Positions 1-9,259 are shown, counted from the stretch's first letter. The stretch is DNA of 34,798 bases from a bacterium (GCA_023264495.1 JAHFMM010000002.1:21177-55974), one strand, 5' to 3'. Translations and numbers: made by a program. The notes: generated from the sequence alone by a model not told the origin.

Positions 1-965
1 GATGCTTCCATCGCGCGCTTGGTGATCGCCATCGCACGGTCGATAAATTCGCCTGAGAGCTCTTCAAGCTTCGCGCGGCTCATCTTTATGAGGAGGTGGC
101 GCGGGCCAGAGGCATCTGATGTGAGGAATGGGATGTTAATCTCGGTTTCCATCGCGCTTGAGAGCTCGATCTTGGCCTTCTCCGCGGCTTCATCGAGGCG
201 CTGGCGCGCGAGCGCGTCAGTGCGCACATCGATACCGCTCTCCTTCTTAAACTCATCGGCGAGCCAATTGATAATCTTCTGGTCGATATCTTTGCCGCCC
301 AGGTGTGCATCGCCATCAGTCGATTTAACCTCGATAACATCGCCGCCCACTTCAAGCACCGAGATGTCAAAGGTCCCGCCGCCGAAGTCGAATACGGCAA
401 TCTTCTCGTCCTTTTTTTTATTAAATCCATAGGCGAGCGCAGCCGCGGTCGGTTCATTGATGATGCGCTTCACGTCGAGACCGGCAATTTGCCCAGCAGC
501 TTTGGTTGCGCTGCGCTGGTCGTCGTTGAAGTAGGCGGGAACGGTAATGACTGCCTCGGTAATCTTCTCGCCGAGCTTCGCTTCAGCATCGGCCTTCAGT
601 TTGCCCAAGATCATCGCCGAGACTTCTTCTGAGCGGTACCAGGCGTCGTTCATCTTAACCTCGATGCCGCCGTTATCGGCCTTGCGCATCTCAAAGGGGA
701 CAACAGACTTATCCTTCTGCACCTCGGCTTCGTCAAACGAGTGGCCGATGAAGCGCTTAATCTGATAGATCGTATTGAGCGGATTCGTTACCGATTGCCG
801 CTTCGCGAGCGTGCCGACAATGCGCTCGCCATTCTTCCCGACCGCAACGATAGACGGCGTTGTGCGTGCGCCTTCGGCGTTCTCAAGAACGCGCGGCTCA
901 CCGCCCTCGACAATTGCCATCGCGGAGTTTGTCGTGCCCAAATCGATACCAAGAATCTTTGCCAT
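1..965 (-). CDS. dnaK: Chaperone DnaK (Hsp70), 5' part; runs off the window start
   Basis: Manual translation from the ATG at 965 gives [22 protein letters not shown]...TTPSIVA...[10 protein letters not shown]...[10 protein letters not shown]...DFGGGTFD. It is absent from the ORF track because its stop lies outside the window. Confidence 0.98.
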   Translation of the reverse strand, partial: MAKILGIDLGTTNSAMAIVEGGEPRVLENAEGARTTPSIVAVGKNGERIVGTLAKRQSVTNPLNTIYQIKRFIGHSFDEAEVQKDKSVVPFEMRKADNGGIEVKMNDAWYRSEEVSAMILGKLKADAEAKLGEKITEAVITVPAYFNDDQRSATKAAGQIAGLDVKRIINEPTAAALAYGFNKKKDEKIAVFDFGGGTFDISVLEVGGDVIEVKSTDGDAHLGGKDIDQKIINWLADEFKKESGIDVRTDALARQRLDEAAEKAKIELSSAMETEINIPFLTSDASGPRHLLIKMSRAKLEELSGEFIDRAMAITKRAMEA

Positions 966-1019
966 AATTAAAATTGGTTAGGTGTGAATAATCTTACGGA
1001 AACACGCGCATTGATGCAA

Positions 1020-1574
1020 CTATTTTTCGAAATGCCCGACACGCACCTTGGCAGGTCGAATGATTTTGTCGCCGATACGCCACCCTCTCTCGAGTATGAC
1101 TGTAATCATATCATCTTTCTCTTCTGAGTCAGCAACATCTTGCCCAAGCGCTTCATGCAGAGCGGGATCAAATTTCTCGCCGACTTCGCCGAGCGCTTCG
1201 AGTCCGAGCGAAGCGAAGGCGCCCTCAAGCTGCTTTGCGATAGCCGCGAAGCCCTCGGGGATCTCACCATGGTCTTTTGCCCGCTCGAGAGCGTCAAAGG
1301 CAGGCAGAAGGGTCTCGATAGCCTGTATCTTCCCTCTTTGTAGCGAAGACTTCGACTCCTCTTCGAATCGCTTTAAGAGATTCACATAGTCGGCCTTAGA
1401 GCGTTGCCAGCCGTCCATGTATTCTTGTTTTTCAGTGCGGCAGGCTTTAAGCTCCTCGCGCATCTTCGCAAACTTCATTTCCATATCAGAAGTATCGAAG
1501 TCTGACTTCGATACTTCTGATTCGTCAAGCTCAATGACGCTCGCCTCTTCGATATCGTCGCTTTTCCAATCCAT
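1020..1574 (-). CDS. grpE: Nucleotide exchange factor GrpE
   Basis: Motifs RSKADYVN, LLPAFDALERA, FDPALHEAL and GWRIGDKIIRPAKVRV; directly upstream of dnaK. Confidence 0.96.
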   Translation of the reverse strand: MDWKSDDIEEASVIELDESEVSKSDFDTSDMEMKFAKMREELKACRTEKQEYMDGWQRSKADYVNLLKRFEEESKSSLQRGKIQAIETLLPAFDALERAKDHGEIPEGFAAIAKQLEGAFASLGLEALGEVGEKFDPALHEALGQDVADSEEKDDMITVILERGWRIGDKIIRPAKVRVGHFEK

Positions 1575-1582
1575 ATTCCTCT

Positions 1583-1611
1583 ATTATGCCTGAAGTGATG
1601 CGTGGAGTCAA
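1583..1611 (-). promoter_or_regulatory. Sigma70-type promoter of grpE-dnaK, likely near-leaderless
   Basis: TTGACT-N17-CATAAT, ending 8 nt before the grpE ATG. Confidence 0.7.
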
Positions 1612-1663
1612 AAAATGAAAATCCCGCTCCTCCAAACGGGGTTTCCGTTGATTGAGCGGGATT
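1610..1663 (-). terminator. Rho-independent terminator after the hypothetical ORF
   Basis: Stem aatcccgctc...gagcgggatt with an inner aacgg/ccgtt pairing, followed by a T-rich tract on the minus strand. Confidence 0.7.
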
Positions 1664-2033
1664 AGTGCACTCCAAGCCGATTGCGGACATGATAGGGCCC
1701 GGAGCGACGCAAGATGATAATCGACGGGTGTCCAAACTCGTTGGTTGCCCATGTGGCGAGTTCTTGTGCATGCTGGTCCAAATCCTCATGTCCTCGTACG
1801 TCCGTAAGGAGGAACGGGACAATGATATCGGTACCGCGTATCGCCGGTTCATACCTTGCACCGCCAAAAGCTTCGGCAATGGCCTGTATGTCGCCAAGCG
1901 AACGGTTACCGACAGGGATCTGGAGCACAATGAATCCGTGTCCCGGCCGACACCATGCCGGCTTATGGACGCGAATCGGCGTTTCCTTCCTTGCCTCTTC
2001 CGGGGTGCGGAAGAACCTGAAAAGGTTGTTCAT
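1662..2033 (-). CDS. Hypothetical protein (~123 aa; alternative GTG start at 2138)
   Basis: ORF with SD-like GAGGAAGG before the ATG at 2033 and a terminator right after the stop; no family recognised. Confidence 0.55.
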   Translation of the reverse strand: MNNLFRFFRTPEEARKETPIRVHKPAWCRPGHGFIVLQIPVGNRSLGDIQAIAEAFGGARYEPAIRGTDIIVPFLLTDVRGHEDLDQHAQELATWATNEFGHPSIIILRRSGPYHVRNRLGVH

Positions 2034-2226
2034 AGATGTTACCTTCCTCTTCAGTTGGCCAAGCAGGCCTTCTGTAATTTCACCCGCTAGGTTCCAGCAT
2101 GTTTGCGACACCTTCTTTTTACCTCTGTCCTTTTTCACGATACATCCCCTTTTCTGTTCAATGGCGTTAAAGAATCAGAACAAAAGTGCTACTTGCTCCG
2201 CCTTTAATCAAACCATGTAAACATAT

Positions 2227-2255
2227 AAAAAGCAAGGCACTCGAGAGTGCCTTGC
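2227..2255 (-). terminator. Rho-independent terminator after the purC-purE fusion
   Basis: Inverted repeat gcaaggcactc/gagtgccttgc followed by TTTTT on the minus strand. Confidence 0.75.
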
Positions 2256-2280
2256 GGGTTGATCTGCAGCTTGCCTATAA

Positions 2281-3759
2281 TTACATAGCAAGGACAGAAA
2301 GATCGACATCAAATACGGGCGGTTTTGTGACACGCTTCACGACCGGGAATTCCCCAGTCGCGGCACGATCGATCGCTAAGGCAATACCTTGGATACCCGT
2401 ATAAACGCCGAGCATCTCATCCATCACCACCGGTTGACCCGGGAGCTCGGAGATCGAGAGTTTAGCTGCCTCAAGTGCCGTACTGTCAGACACGCCGAGC
2501 GCAACGCCGATGACTGGCGTGGTATGACCGTTTTCATGCAGTAAAGCATCGAGTACCCCTGGCAAAGCAAACGCTTTCCCTCCAGCCGCAATAACAACAT
2601 CGGCACCGTAGCATCCATGCACTGCGAAGTGATGGAGTGCAGCGGGATTGCGATGGCAGCTTACGACATGTACCTCGACCTGATCAAATCCGTGCGGGAG
2701 ATGCTTAAGCACAGGAATCATCGAATGGATATCGGTCATGCTGCCGAAGATGATAGCAAGATTTCGCTTCTTATCTTCTACATCAATGTCCATACGCTCC
2801 CGCTGATACTCCTCGAGCCGCATCCAGGTGAGCCGCCAGAAAATGTAGCGGTACGTCTGAGTTGTGGCTTCAAGCAGTTCATTCGGAACGTGCAGAGCAT
2901 GCACCTTGGCGACGTCTTCGCTCAGGAGCGGGTCAAGCTTGTTGATGCCTTGCTCAATACCCCATTCGCGCACGAGCTGTTTGTCGTTTGGCGGTGGTGC
3001 TTTCCGCGCCTCCTTTTTTCTGCCAGCGAGCCACTCGTTGCGGTCCCAGAAGCGGCTTGAATCGGGTGTGCCGACTTCATCTGCCAGATAGAGGATACCG
3101 TCTTGATCGCGGCCGAACTCCATCTTGGTATCGGCGAGGACAATGCCAGACTCGAATGCCCGCTCGGCGATATGAGCGAAGGCCTCAAACAACGTAGTGG
3201 TTTCTTCCGGATATTGCGTCCGGATTTCATCTGCATCGAGGGGCATGTCATGCCCCTCTTCTGCCTTCGTTGTCGGAGTGTCAATCGCGGCCGGCAATGC
3301 ATCACTGTCTTGAATGCCGAGCGGGAGCTTATGGCCGCAGACCTCACCGTTTTTCTGGTAGTCTTTGAAACCTGAGCCAGTCAGACATTGGCGAGCGATG
3401 AACTCAATCGGAGCCATCTTTAGTTGGCGAACCACGAGCGCGCGCGATTGAAGCTCGGGATTGCCCCGGAGCTCTTCGGGCAGATAAGCGTCGATTGCCG
3501 ACCCCGCCGCGATCAGGTGCGTCTTGATGCCGATCTCTTCAAGCTGTGTGAGCCAGAAGTGATTCAGTGCTGTGAGGATAGCACCCTTCTCGTCAACCAT
3601 CGCATTCAGCACGAAGTCGAAGATGCTAAGCCCGTTGCTCGCGACGACGAGCAGGAGCCTGTTACCAAGATCGTAGGTGTCGCGAACTTTCCCGCGATGG
3701 AGCAAGTGGAGTCCCGAGAGTGTCGGAACAGCGAGTCGTTTTGGTGATAATGCTGGCAT
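2281..3759 (-). CDS. purC: SAICAR synthetase (PurC) fused to a C-terminal PurE/AIR-carboxylase-like domain
   Basis: N-terminal HRGKVRDTY, SIFDFVL, PTTKAEEGHD, LADTKMEFG, LADEVGTPDSSRFW and DKQLVREW; C-terminal IIFGSMTD, VVSCHRNP, VIAAGGKAFALPGVL and PVIGV are PurE-fold motifs. SD AAGGAGG at 3764-3770. Confidence 0.9.
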   Translation of the reverse strand: MPALSPKRLAVPTLSGLHLLHRGKVRDTYDLGNRLLLVVASNGLSIFDFVLNAMVDEKGAILTALNHFWLTQLEEIGIKTHLIAAGSAIDAYLPEELRGNPELQSRALVVRQLKMAPIEFIARQCLTGSGFKDYQKNGEVCGHKLPLGIQDSDALPAAIDTPTTKAEEGHDMPLDADEIRTQYPEETTTLFEAFAHIAERAFESGIVLADTKMEFGRDQDGILYLADEVGTPDSSRFWDRNEWLAGRKKEARKAPPPNDKQLVREWGIEQGINKLDPLLSEDVAKVHALHVPNELLEATTQTYRYIFWRLTWMRLEEYQRERMDIDVEDKKRNLAIIFGSMTDIHSMIPVLKHLPHGFDQVEVHVVSCHRNPAALHHFAVHGCYGADVVIAAGGKAFALPGVLDALLHENGHTTPVIGVALGVSDSTALEAAKLSISELPGQPVVMDEMLGVYTGIQGIALAIDRAATGEFPVVKRVTKPPVFDVDLSVLAM

Positions 3760-3838
3760 GATGCCTCCTTGTCTATGTCAATCATTAGCGCCGCGATGCG
3801 GCGTTCGGGGAGAATCCCCACTGCATACTTCCGCTCGG

Positions 3839-3867
3839 AATCTACCACGGACAGAGGTGCAAAGCAA
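3839..3867 (-). promoter_or_regulatory. Putative sigma70 promoter of purC-purE
   Basis: TTGCTT-N17-TAGATT with an extended TG. Confidence 0.5.
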
Positions 3868-3870
3868 TGA

Positions 3871-3899
3871 AATTGGCCAAAGCCTGGCTTTGGCCAATT
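3871..3899. repeat. Palindrome with 13-bp arms and a 3-nt loop, REP-like or terminator
   Basis: aattggccaaagc-ctg-gctttggccaatt. Confidence 0.85.
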
Positions 3900-3967
3900 C
3901 GCTTCGGCGGTTTTGCGAGGAGTCGTTGCTTAACGCTTGCTTCCTTCGAGAAGAATCAGGATCTCCG

Positions 3968-4372
3968 CTAACGCTTCGACCACTGCTTTGCCTTACGGGC
4001 TTTGACGAGACCCGGCTTCTTACGCTCCTTTGCGCGCGGGTCGCGGCGCATGAGGCCAGCGGTCTTAAGCACAGCGCGCGTCTTCGGCTCCACTTTGGTA
4101 ATCGCGCGACTGATCGCGTGGCGAAGCGCTTCGGCTTGCGCGGCGACACCACCGCCCTCGACATGGGCGACTATCGTATAGTTCTGTGCGCTCTCGGCAA
4201 TTGTGAGTGCCTCTTCAGCAATCTTTGCACGCTCATCAGTCTTAAAATATTCTTTTGCGCTTTTACCGTTGACCTGGACACTGTTCTTGTCAGCCGGATA
4301 GATGCGTACATTTGCAATAGCGGTCTTGCGGCGTCCAACAGCGGTCGTATGTGTTGTTTTTTTGTTGGTCAT
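3968..4372 (-). CDS. rpsI: 30S ribosomal protein S9
   Basis: VGRRKTAIANVR, GGGVAAQAEALRHAISRA, RDPRAKERKKPGL...QWSKR. Confidence 0.98.
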   Translation of the reverse strand: MTNKKTTHTTAVGRRKTAIANVRIYPADKNSVQVNGKSAKEYFKTDERAKIAEEALTIAESAQNYTIVAHVEGGGVAAQAEALRHAISRAITKVEPKTRAVLKTAGLMRRDPRAKERKKPGLVKARKAKQWSKR

Positions 4373-4373
4373 A

Positions 4374-4745
4374 TTATGCGTTAACGATGAGATTCTTCAT
4401 GCGCGGTGTGCGGAGCTTGTTGCGCGGGATCATGCCGTCAACCGTCTTCTTGACAACATCAGCGATGCCTTTCTTGTCGATCATCACGTCCATACGTATC
4501 TCACGGAGGCCGGCTGGGTAGCCGGTATAGTGGGTGTAGACTTTGCCTTTGGTGCGGCGCTCAGGGAGGTGCAGCTTGCTCGCGTTCTCAATGACGACCG
4601 TGATCGGGAGCGTCATGTTCTTGGCGAATTGAACCGAGCGCTTGCCGAGGAGCGCGTGCGCCGCCTCGCTGGCTACGCGGCCAAGTGTGCGATCAGTCGC
4701 ATCGATGGTGTATACGGTCGGTTCTGGTTTTGTTGTGCGGGTCAT
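4374..4745 (-). CDS. rplM: 50S ribosomal protein L13
   Basis: IDATDRTLGRVASEAA, YTHYTGYPAGLR, VDGMIPRNKL. Confidence 0.97.
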   Translation of the reverse strand: MTRTTKPEPTVYTIDATDRTLGRVASEAAHALLGKRSVQFAKNMTLPITVVIENASKLHLPERRTKGKVYTHYTGYPAGLREIRMDVMIDKKGIADVVKKTVDGMIPRNKLRTPRMKNLIVNA

Positions 4746-4763
4746 AGTACAGAGTTATGCATA

Positions 4764-5117
4764 CTAGACAAATGCGATATATGCAAGCTTGCGGGCATCG
4801 TTCGATCCGCGGAGCGTACGCTTCACTATGCGCGTATATCCGCCGGCGCGCTTCTCATACCGCGGCCCGATCGACTCGAAGAGCTTCTTCACAGCAGTAA
4901 CATCACCGAGGTGAGTCTTTGCGAGTCGGCGACTCGCAAGAGTATTTGTCTTCGCATAGGTTACGAGGCGTTCTACGAATGGGCGCAGAGCCTTTGCCTT
5001 TGCCTCGGTCGTGGAGATGCGTTCCTCGAGGACGAGCGAACGCGCCAGAGAACGCATCAGTGCGCGGCGCTGATTTCTGGGGCGGGCGAATGTATGTGCT
5101 TTCTTAGTAAATGCCAT
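4764..5117 (-). CDS. rplQ: 50S ribosomal protein L17
   Basis: RRALMRSLARSL, ISTTEAKAKALRPFVERLVT, RAGGYTRIVK. Confidence 0.98.
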   Translation of the reverse strand: MAFTKKAHTFARPRNQRRALMRSLARSLVLEERISTTEAKAKALRPFVERLVTYAKTNTLASRRLAKTHLGDVTAVKKLFESIGPRYEKRAGGYTRIVKRTLRGSNDARKLAYIAFV

Positions 5118-5127
5118 AGTGAGTGCG

Positions 5128-6072
5128 TTATTCGCTCCTCAGCGTGAGCCCGAAGCGTGCGAGTGCGACTGCAATCTCCTCGACTGCTTTATCGCCGATG
5201 CCATCGAGCTCCTTAAGGGCGCTTGCCGACTTGCGTGCGAGACCTGCAGCGCTCTTGATGCCTGCTTCTTCGAGCGCCGAAGCGACGCGCGTTGAGAGTT
5301 CAAGATCGGCGATCTTCACCTTCGCAACATCGATCGAGCTCTCTTGCTCATCTGAGGCACGCGCGCCTGATGCAGACGATACGTTCTCTTGGAAGCCGAT
5401 AATCGCCTTGAGCTGGTGAATCATCGTTTCGATTGATTGTTCGAGCGCGAGGCGTGGCGCGAGAGTGCCGTTCGTCTCGATAAGGATGCGGAGACGATTG
5501 AAGTCGGTGCGATCGCCGACACGCATGTTTTCGACCTCGTAATTAACGCGGCGGATCGGCGTGAAAGTCGCGTCGAGCGCGATGGTGCCGATATCGACCT
5601 TGTCCTTCGTGAGGACTTCGCGCGATACGTAGCCGAGACCGCGCTCAATGGTCGCTTCGATCTCAAGCGACGCCTTGCCTGAGAGGTCGGCGATGTGCTG
5701 GTCAGGGTTCTTGATCTCGACCTGGCTCGGGAGCTTGAAGTCCTTGGCAGTAATGGCACCCGTACCCTTTGCCGAGAGTGAAATAGTTTGCGATTCCTCT
5801 CCGTGCAAAACGAAATGAACGCGCTTCAAGTTAAGGAGGAGCTCCATGACGGTCTCGCGGACGCCGTCAATCGTAGCGAACTCGTGCGGCACGCCATCAA
5901 TCTTTACCTGAGTAATCGCGGCACCCGGGAGTGACGAGAGGATGATGCGGCGCAAGCTGTTGCCGAGCGTGTGGCCATAGCCTGGATAGAGAGAATCGAT
6001 CTCATAAACGCCCTGAACGCCTTCTTCTGAAACAATTCTTGGCTTACTCGGAAGTGTAATGTGGTATTCCAT
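5128..6072 (-). CDS. rpoA: RNA polymerase alpha subunit
   Basis: PGYGHTLGNSLRRIILSSLPGAAIT, HEFATIDGVRE, VENMRVGDRTDF and an alpha-CTD. Confidence 0.98.
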   Translation of the reverse strand: MEYHITLPSKPRIVSEEGVQGVYEIDSLYPGYGHTLGNSLRRIILSSLPGAAITQVKIDGVPHEFATIDGVRETVMELLLNLKRVHFVLHGEESQTISLSAKGTGAITAKDFKLPSQVEIKNPDQHIADLSGKASLEIEATIERGLGYVSREVLTKDKVDIGTIALDATFTPIRRVNYEVENMRVGDRTDFNRLRILIETNGTLAPRLALEQSIETMIHQLKAIIGFQENVSSASGARASDEQESSIDVAKVKIADLELSTRVASALEEAGIKSAAGLARKSASALKELDGIGDKAVEEIAVALARFGLTLRSE

Positions 6073-6100
6073 AACGCAATCGTAATTACCGTTTAATAAA

Positions 6101-6712
6101 TTATCTCGTGTAGAACGAGAGCACTGCGACCAAGTCGCCTGCCGGATCGGCAGAGACGGCAGTCGGACGCTCGTTCACGCTCCCGGCCATCGACTTCGCA
6201 TCCCACGAGAGCCATGACGGCAGCGTGCGTTCTGCGAAGCGCTCTGCAAAGCCAACAAACGCGCCATGGCTCTTTGAACCATCCCGCACGCTGATGCGAT
6301 CGCCGACTGACAAGGTGTGCGATGGCACGCGCACCTTCTTGTCGCCGACCATCACGTGTCCGTGAGCAACCATCTGCCGCGCGGCGCGGCGCGTTGCTGC
6401 GAGACCGATTCGCCAGACGACATTGTCGAGCCGGAGCTCGAGAAGCTCGTGGAGCCGGTCAGACGGCTTCGCGCTGTGCGCGGCGAGCGCCTTGTTCACA
6501 TAGCTGCGGAACTGACGCTCCGGCAAGCCGTAGGTAACACGCACTTTCTGCTTCTCAAGCATCTGCTTGCCGTACTCGCTTTGCCGGCCGCGCCCGCGGC
6601 GCTTGTTCTTCGCAGAGCGTTCAGCAGAAATAGCGAATTTCTGCGTCTGAGCTTTCTCAAAGACGGTTGCGCCGAGGCGTTTTGCTATTTTATATCGCGG
6701 TCCAGTTTTCAT
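6101..6712 (-). CDS. rpsD: 30S ribosomal protein S4
   Basis: Start taken at MKTGPRYKIAKRLG; SEYGKQMLEKQKVR, LELRLDNVVWR, ARQMVAHGHV. Confidence 0.97.
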   Translation of the reverse strand: MKTGPRYKIAKRLGATVFEKAQTQKFAISAERSAKNKRRGRGRQSEYGKQMLEKQKVRVTYGLPERQFRSYVNKALAAHSAKPSDRLHELLELRLDNVVWRIGLAATRRAARQMVAHGHVMVGDKKVRVPSHTLSVGDRISVRDGSKSHGAFVGFAERFAERTLPSWLSWDAKSMAGSVNERPTAVSADPAGDLVAVLSFYTR

Positions 6713-6731
6713 AGTGATATATATCGGGTCA

Positions 6732-7166
6732 TTATATTCGTCGCGGCTTTGGCGGACGCGGACCATTGTGCGGCACCGGCGTCATATCTTTAATCGAACG
6801 GATCTGGACGCCCTTGCCTGAGAAAGCTCGCAAGACCGATTCGCGTCCGGCACCGACACCTCGAATAATCACCGAGGCTTCCTTCAAGCCGATCATCATG
6901 CCCTTCTCGCCGAGGAATTCTCCGACCTTTGCGGCAGCATACGGAGTCGACTTGCGCGCGCCCGAGAACCCGAGTGCGCCAGCTGACGATGAGATGATGG
7001 CATTTCCGCTCTCGTCGGTGATAAGCGCCTTGGTATTGTTGAAGGTCGCATCGATATGCAAGACGCCGCGCTCGATATGCCGCTTGGTTGCCTTGCCGAG
7101 TGCGCGCTCTTTCCGCCCCTGATCGAGACCTTTTCCGCTTTTCTTAATGATTCGTTTCTTTCCCAT
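6732..7166 (-). CDS. rpsK: 30S ribosomal protein S11
   Basis: ATFNNT, RKSTPYAA, GVGAGRES, DMTPVPHNGPRPPKPRR. Confidence 0.98.
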   Translation of the reverse strand: MGKKRIIKKSGKGLDQGRKERALGKATKRHIERGVLHIDATFNNTKALITDESGNAIISSSAGALGFSGARKSTPYAAAKVGEFLGEKGMMIGLKEASVIIRGVGAGRESVLRAFSGKGVQIRSIKDMTPVPHNGPRPPKPRRI

Positions 7167-7170
7167 ATGA

Positions 7171-7551
7171 TTATGTCTTTTCGAGCGTACGACGACCTGA
7201 AGTCATGGTCTTTCGAACATTACCGCGCCGCGTCCGCGAATTTGTCTTCGTGCGCTGGCCGCGTACCGGGAGTCCGCGCGCATGACGATCGCCGCGAATC
7301 GAGCGAATATCTTTCAGTCGTTTTATATTCTGTCCAATCTCACGGCGCAATTCTCCCTCGATAAGATAAGCCTCGGCTAGAGAGCGGATCTTCTGCTCCT
7401 CATCAGCAGAGAGTTCGCCTCCTTTCTTGGTCTCTGGAACGCCGGCGGTCTTGAGGATGTCGCGAGCGCGCGCAGGGCCAATACCGAAAATAATCGGGAG
7501 TGAATACGCAAGTTGTTTAGTATCAGGAATGGTAACGCCGGCAATACGCAT
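7171..7551 (-). CDS. rpsM: 30S ribosomal protein S13
   Basis: MRIAGVTIP, IFGIG, RGLPVRGQRTKTNSRTR. Confidence 0.98.
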   Translation of the reverse strand: MRIAGVTIPDTKQLAYSLPIIFGIGPARARDILKTAGVPETKKGGELSADEEQKIRSLAEAYLIEGELRREIGQNIKRLKDIRSIRGDRHARGLPVRGQRTKTNSRTRRGNVRKTMTSGRRTLEKT

Positions 7552-7562
7552 ACGAAAATAGA

Positions 7563-7679
7563 TTAGCCCTGACGAGCCTTACGACGAGGATCTTTCTTGT
7601 TGATGCGATACAGGCGCCCGCCACGGCGGACGAGCTGGTCTCCAGGTTGCTGTATTCGGATCGAAGCACGAACTTTCAT
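7563..7679 (-). CDS. rpmJ: 50S ribosomal protein L36, Zn-free (C-minus) type
   Basis: Manual translation [38 protein letters not shown], located between infA and rpsM; below the ORF-track size cutoff. Confidence 0.95.
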   Translation of the reverse strand: MKVRASIRIQQPGDQLVRRGGRLYRINKKDPRRKARQG

Positions 7680-7700
7680 CGTAGATTTCTTTTAATTACA

Positions 7701-7937
7701 TTAAGTTAATCGGCGCACGATTCTTGCACGACCCCCATAGGGATCAAGCACCATCTCGACCTGATCGCCCATAAGAACGCGAATGCGGTGCAGACGCATC
7801 TTGCCTGCGAGGTATGCGAGCACAAGCTCGCCATCCTCCCCTTCTGTTTCAGATGGGATTCGGACACGGAATAGAGAGTTCGGCAATACCTCTTCGACAG
7901 ACCCGGCTGTCGGTGCAACTGGTTCGCTATCGCTCAT
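7701..7937 (-). CDS. infA: Translation initiation factor IF-1
   Basis: VEEVLPNSLFRV, LAYLAGKMRLHRIRVLMGDQV; promoter TTGACG-N17-TAGATT upstream. Confidence 0.96.
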   Translation of the reverse strand: MSDSEPVAPTAGSVEEVLPNSLFRVRIPSETEGEDGELVLAYLAGKMRLHRIRVLMGDQVEMVLDPYGGRARIVRRLT

Positions 7938-8002
7938 CTCTTACGCATTACTCATATCAGGTACTCCAATAATCTAGCAGGTGACGAAGAAATCGTCAAA
8001 TC

Positions 8003-9220
8003 CTACTGTGGGAGTACGGTCGTTACCGTGATTGTTGACGGGTCTTGCGGGAACGCTTGCCGCCAGAATGGCCGCAAGATGATAACCGCCTGCTTCACTT
8101 CGACATAGTTGCTGAGCGCTACTTCGGCTTCGGCCCGCGTCTTTCCTGCGACTGCAGCCGCAATGCGAGACTGGTCAATGGTATAGCGGAACGGGGCTGT
8201 CCCGGTGAGCGTGAATGAGAATGTCGTAGCGTCCGCATTTGGCAATCCGACCGCAGAAAGGCGGAGATCTGCTGTCGAGGTGAGGATAAGCGATACCCCG
8301 TCATACGCAGTACCATTGGTGACTGATTTTGCTATTGCGCTCGCGAGCGCGCTGTTCGGGAACACGACCGCAGTGATAGTTCCCTGCTCTTTCACGTCAG
8401 CCATAGCATTCGTTGCTGAGGTCGCGGTGACGAGACTTTCATAGGTGGTAGTTGCCGCGTTCGGAACGAGGACATAGCCGGACGGAATCTGTTCCTGAAG
8501 GCTCGCGCTGAGATCTGCGGCGAGTGTCTGCATGAGCGCTGCGCGCGCTTTTGACTCAAGCGCGGTATCGACAACGGGAACCTCTCCCGAAGCGCCTCCG
8601 GTCATAGCGTTTGTTGAGCGCGCGTATACGAGAGTCTCTTGCGGGGTCCCGGCAAACCCCGGGATGGTGAAGGAGGTCGGTCCGACATTGTAAGAATCAC
8701 CCGGCTTATCGGCATAGACGGTAACGGCGATGCTGCCCGGCTTTGCCGCTGTACCGCCCGGGATAGTCACTGGCGCGTGGATGCGGAAGATGAGACCAGC
8801 AGTCGTTGCGAAGCGGGTGTTCGTGATGAGTCGCTGCGCTTTTGATTGCGTGTTGTAGATCGTAATCGGCCCCGATGCCGAGGTGCTCACGGTCTTGGTG
8901 CCGGTAGATGCCACGCTTTGCGAAGCGACTTTCTGTGCCGTGACGATCTCGTATGTGAGGTCTCCCGTATTTCTATCAACCGTAAATGAGGATTGTACTG
9001 CTGCCGAGAAGGTGTTTGGCGTTACCTCTATGCTGGTTGTAGAGAAATAATACAAAGCGCCGATCGCGGCGATAATGACGACAAGCGCCGCGCCCAGCAC
9101 TCCCCAATGAGATCGAGAAGGCGGTCTTGCTGATTCGGTGCGATGAATAGAATTATTAGTAGGTGATTCGTTCTCTTTCCGGCGCGAAGGCGGGACAATG
9201 ATGTCATCAAATGTACGCAT
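8003..9220 (-). CDS. Membrane-anchored, Thr/Ala-rich, beta-rich protein (baseplate J-like region; a type I recall from CPR genomes)
   Basis: One N-terminal TM helix; GPITIYN...TRFATTAGLIFR...VYADKPGDSYNVGP...MTGG pattern. The family assignment is from memory. Confidence 0.6.
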   Translation of the reverse strand: MRTFDDIIVPPSRRKENESPTNNSIHRTESARPPSRSHWGVLGAALVVIIAAIGALYYFSTTSIEVTPNTFSAAVQSSFTVDRNTGDLTYEIVTAQKVASQSVASTGTKTVSTSASGPITIYNTQSKAQRLITNTRFATTAGLIFRIHAPVTIPGGTAAKPGSIAVTVYADKPGDSYNVGPTSFTIPGFAGTPQETLVYARSTNAMTGGASGEVPVVDTALESKARAALMQTLAADLSASLQEQIPSGYVLVPNAATTTYESLVTATSATNAMADVKEQGTITAVVFPNSALASAIAKSVTNGTAYDGVSLILTSTADLRLSAVGLPNADATTFSFTLTGTAPFRYTIDQSRIAAAVAGKTRAEAEVALSNYVEVKQAVIILRPFWRQAFPQDPSTITVTTVLPQ

Positions 9221-9226
9221 GATGGG

Positions 9227-9251
9227 AGTATATCACTTTGTGCCGTATACT
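9227..9251. promoter_or_regulatory. Back-to-back TATACT -10 boxes for the two divergent genes
   Basis: Minus-strand TATACT at 9227-9232 lies 6 nt from the ATG at 9220; plus-strand TATACT at 9246-9251 lies 8 nt from the ATG at 9260. Confidence 0.65.
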
Positions 9252-9259
9252 GTGCACAT

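Noticed and set aside
2232-2255. CIRCE-like inverted repeat (GCACTC...GAGTGC) near grpE-dnaK
   Set aside because: The spacer is 2 nt rather than 9, the arms lack TTA/TAA, and it lies right after the purC stop with a T tract, so it is better explained as a terminator.
3760-3840. Purine or ZTP riboswitch upstream of purC
   Set aside because: Hairpins are present, but I could not find the conserved cores of either riboswitch class.
3930-3941. Possible degenerate duplicate of the rpsI 3' end (reads S-K-R-stop on the minus strand)
   Set aside because: Only about 8 nt of identity, too short to support a target duplication.
8003-9220. Prophage suggested by the baseplate-like and tail-collar genes
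   Set aside because: Both are isolated, carry a TM segment or signal peptide, are 15 kb apart among housekeeping genes, and there is no capsid, terminase or integrase.
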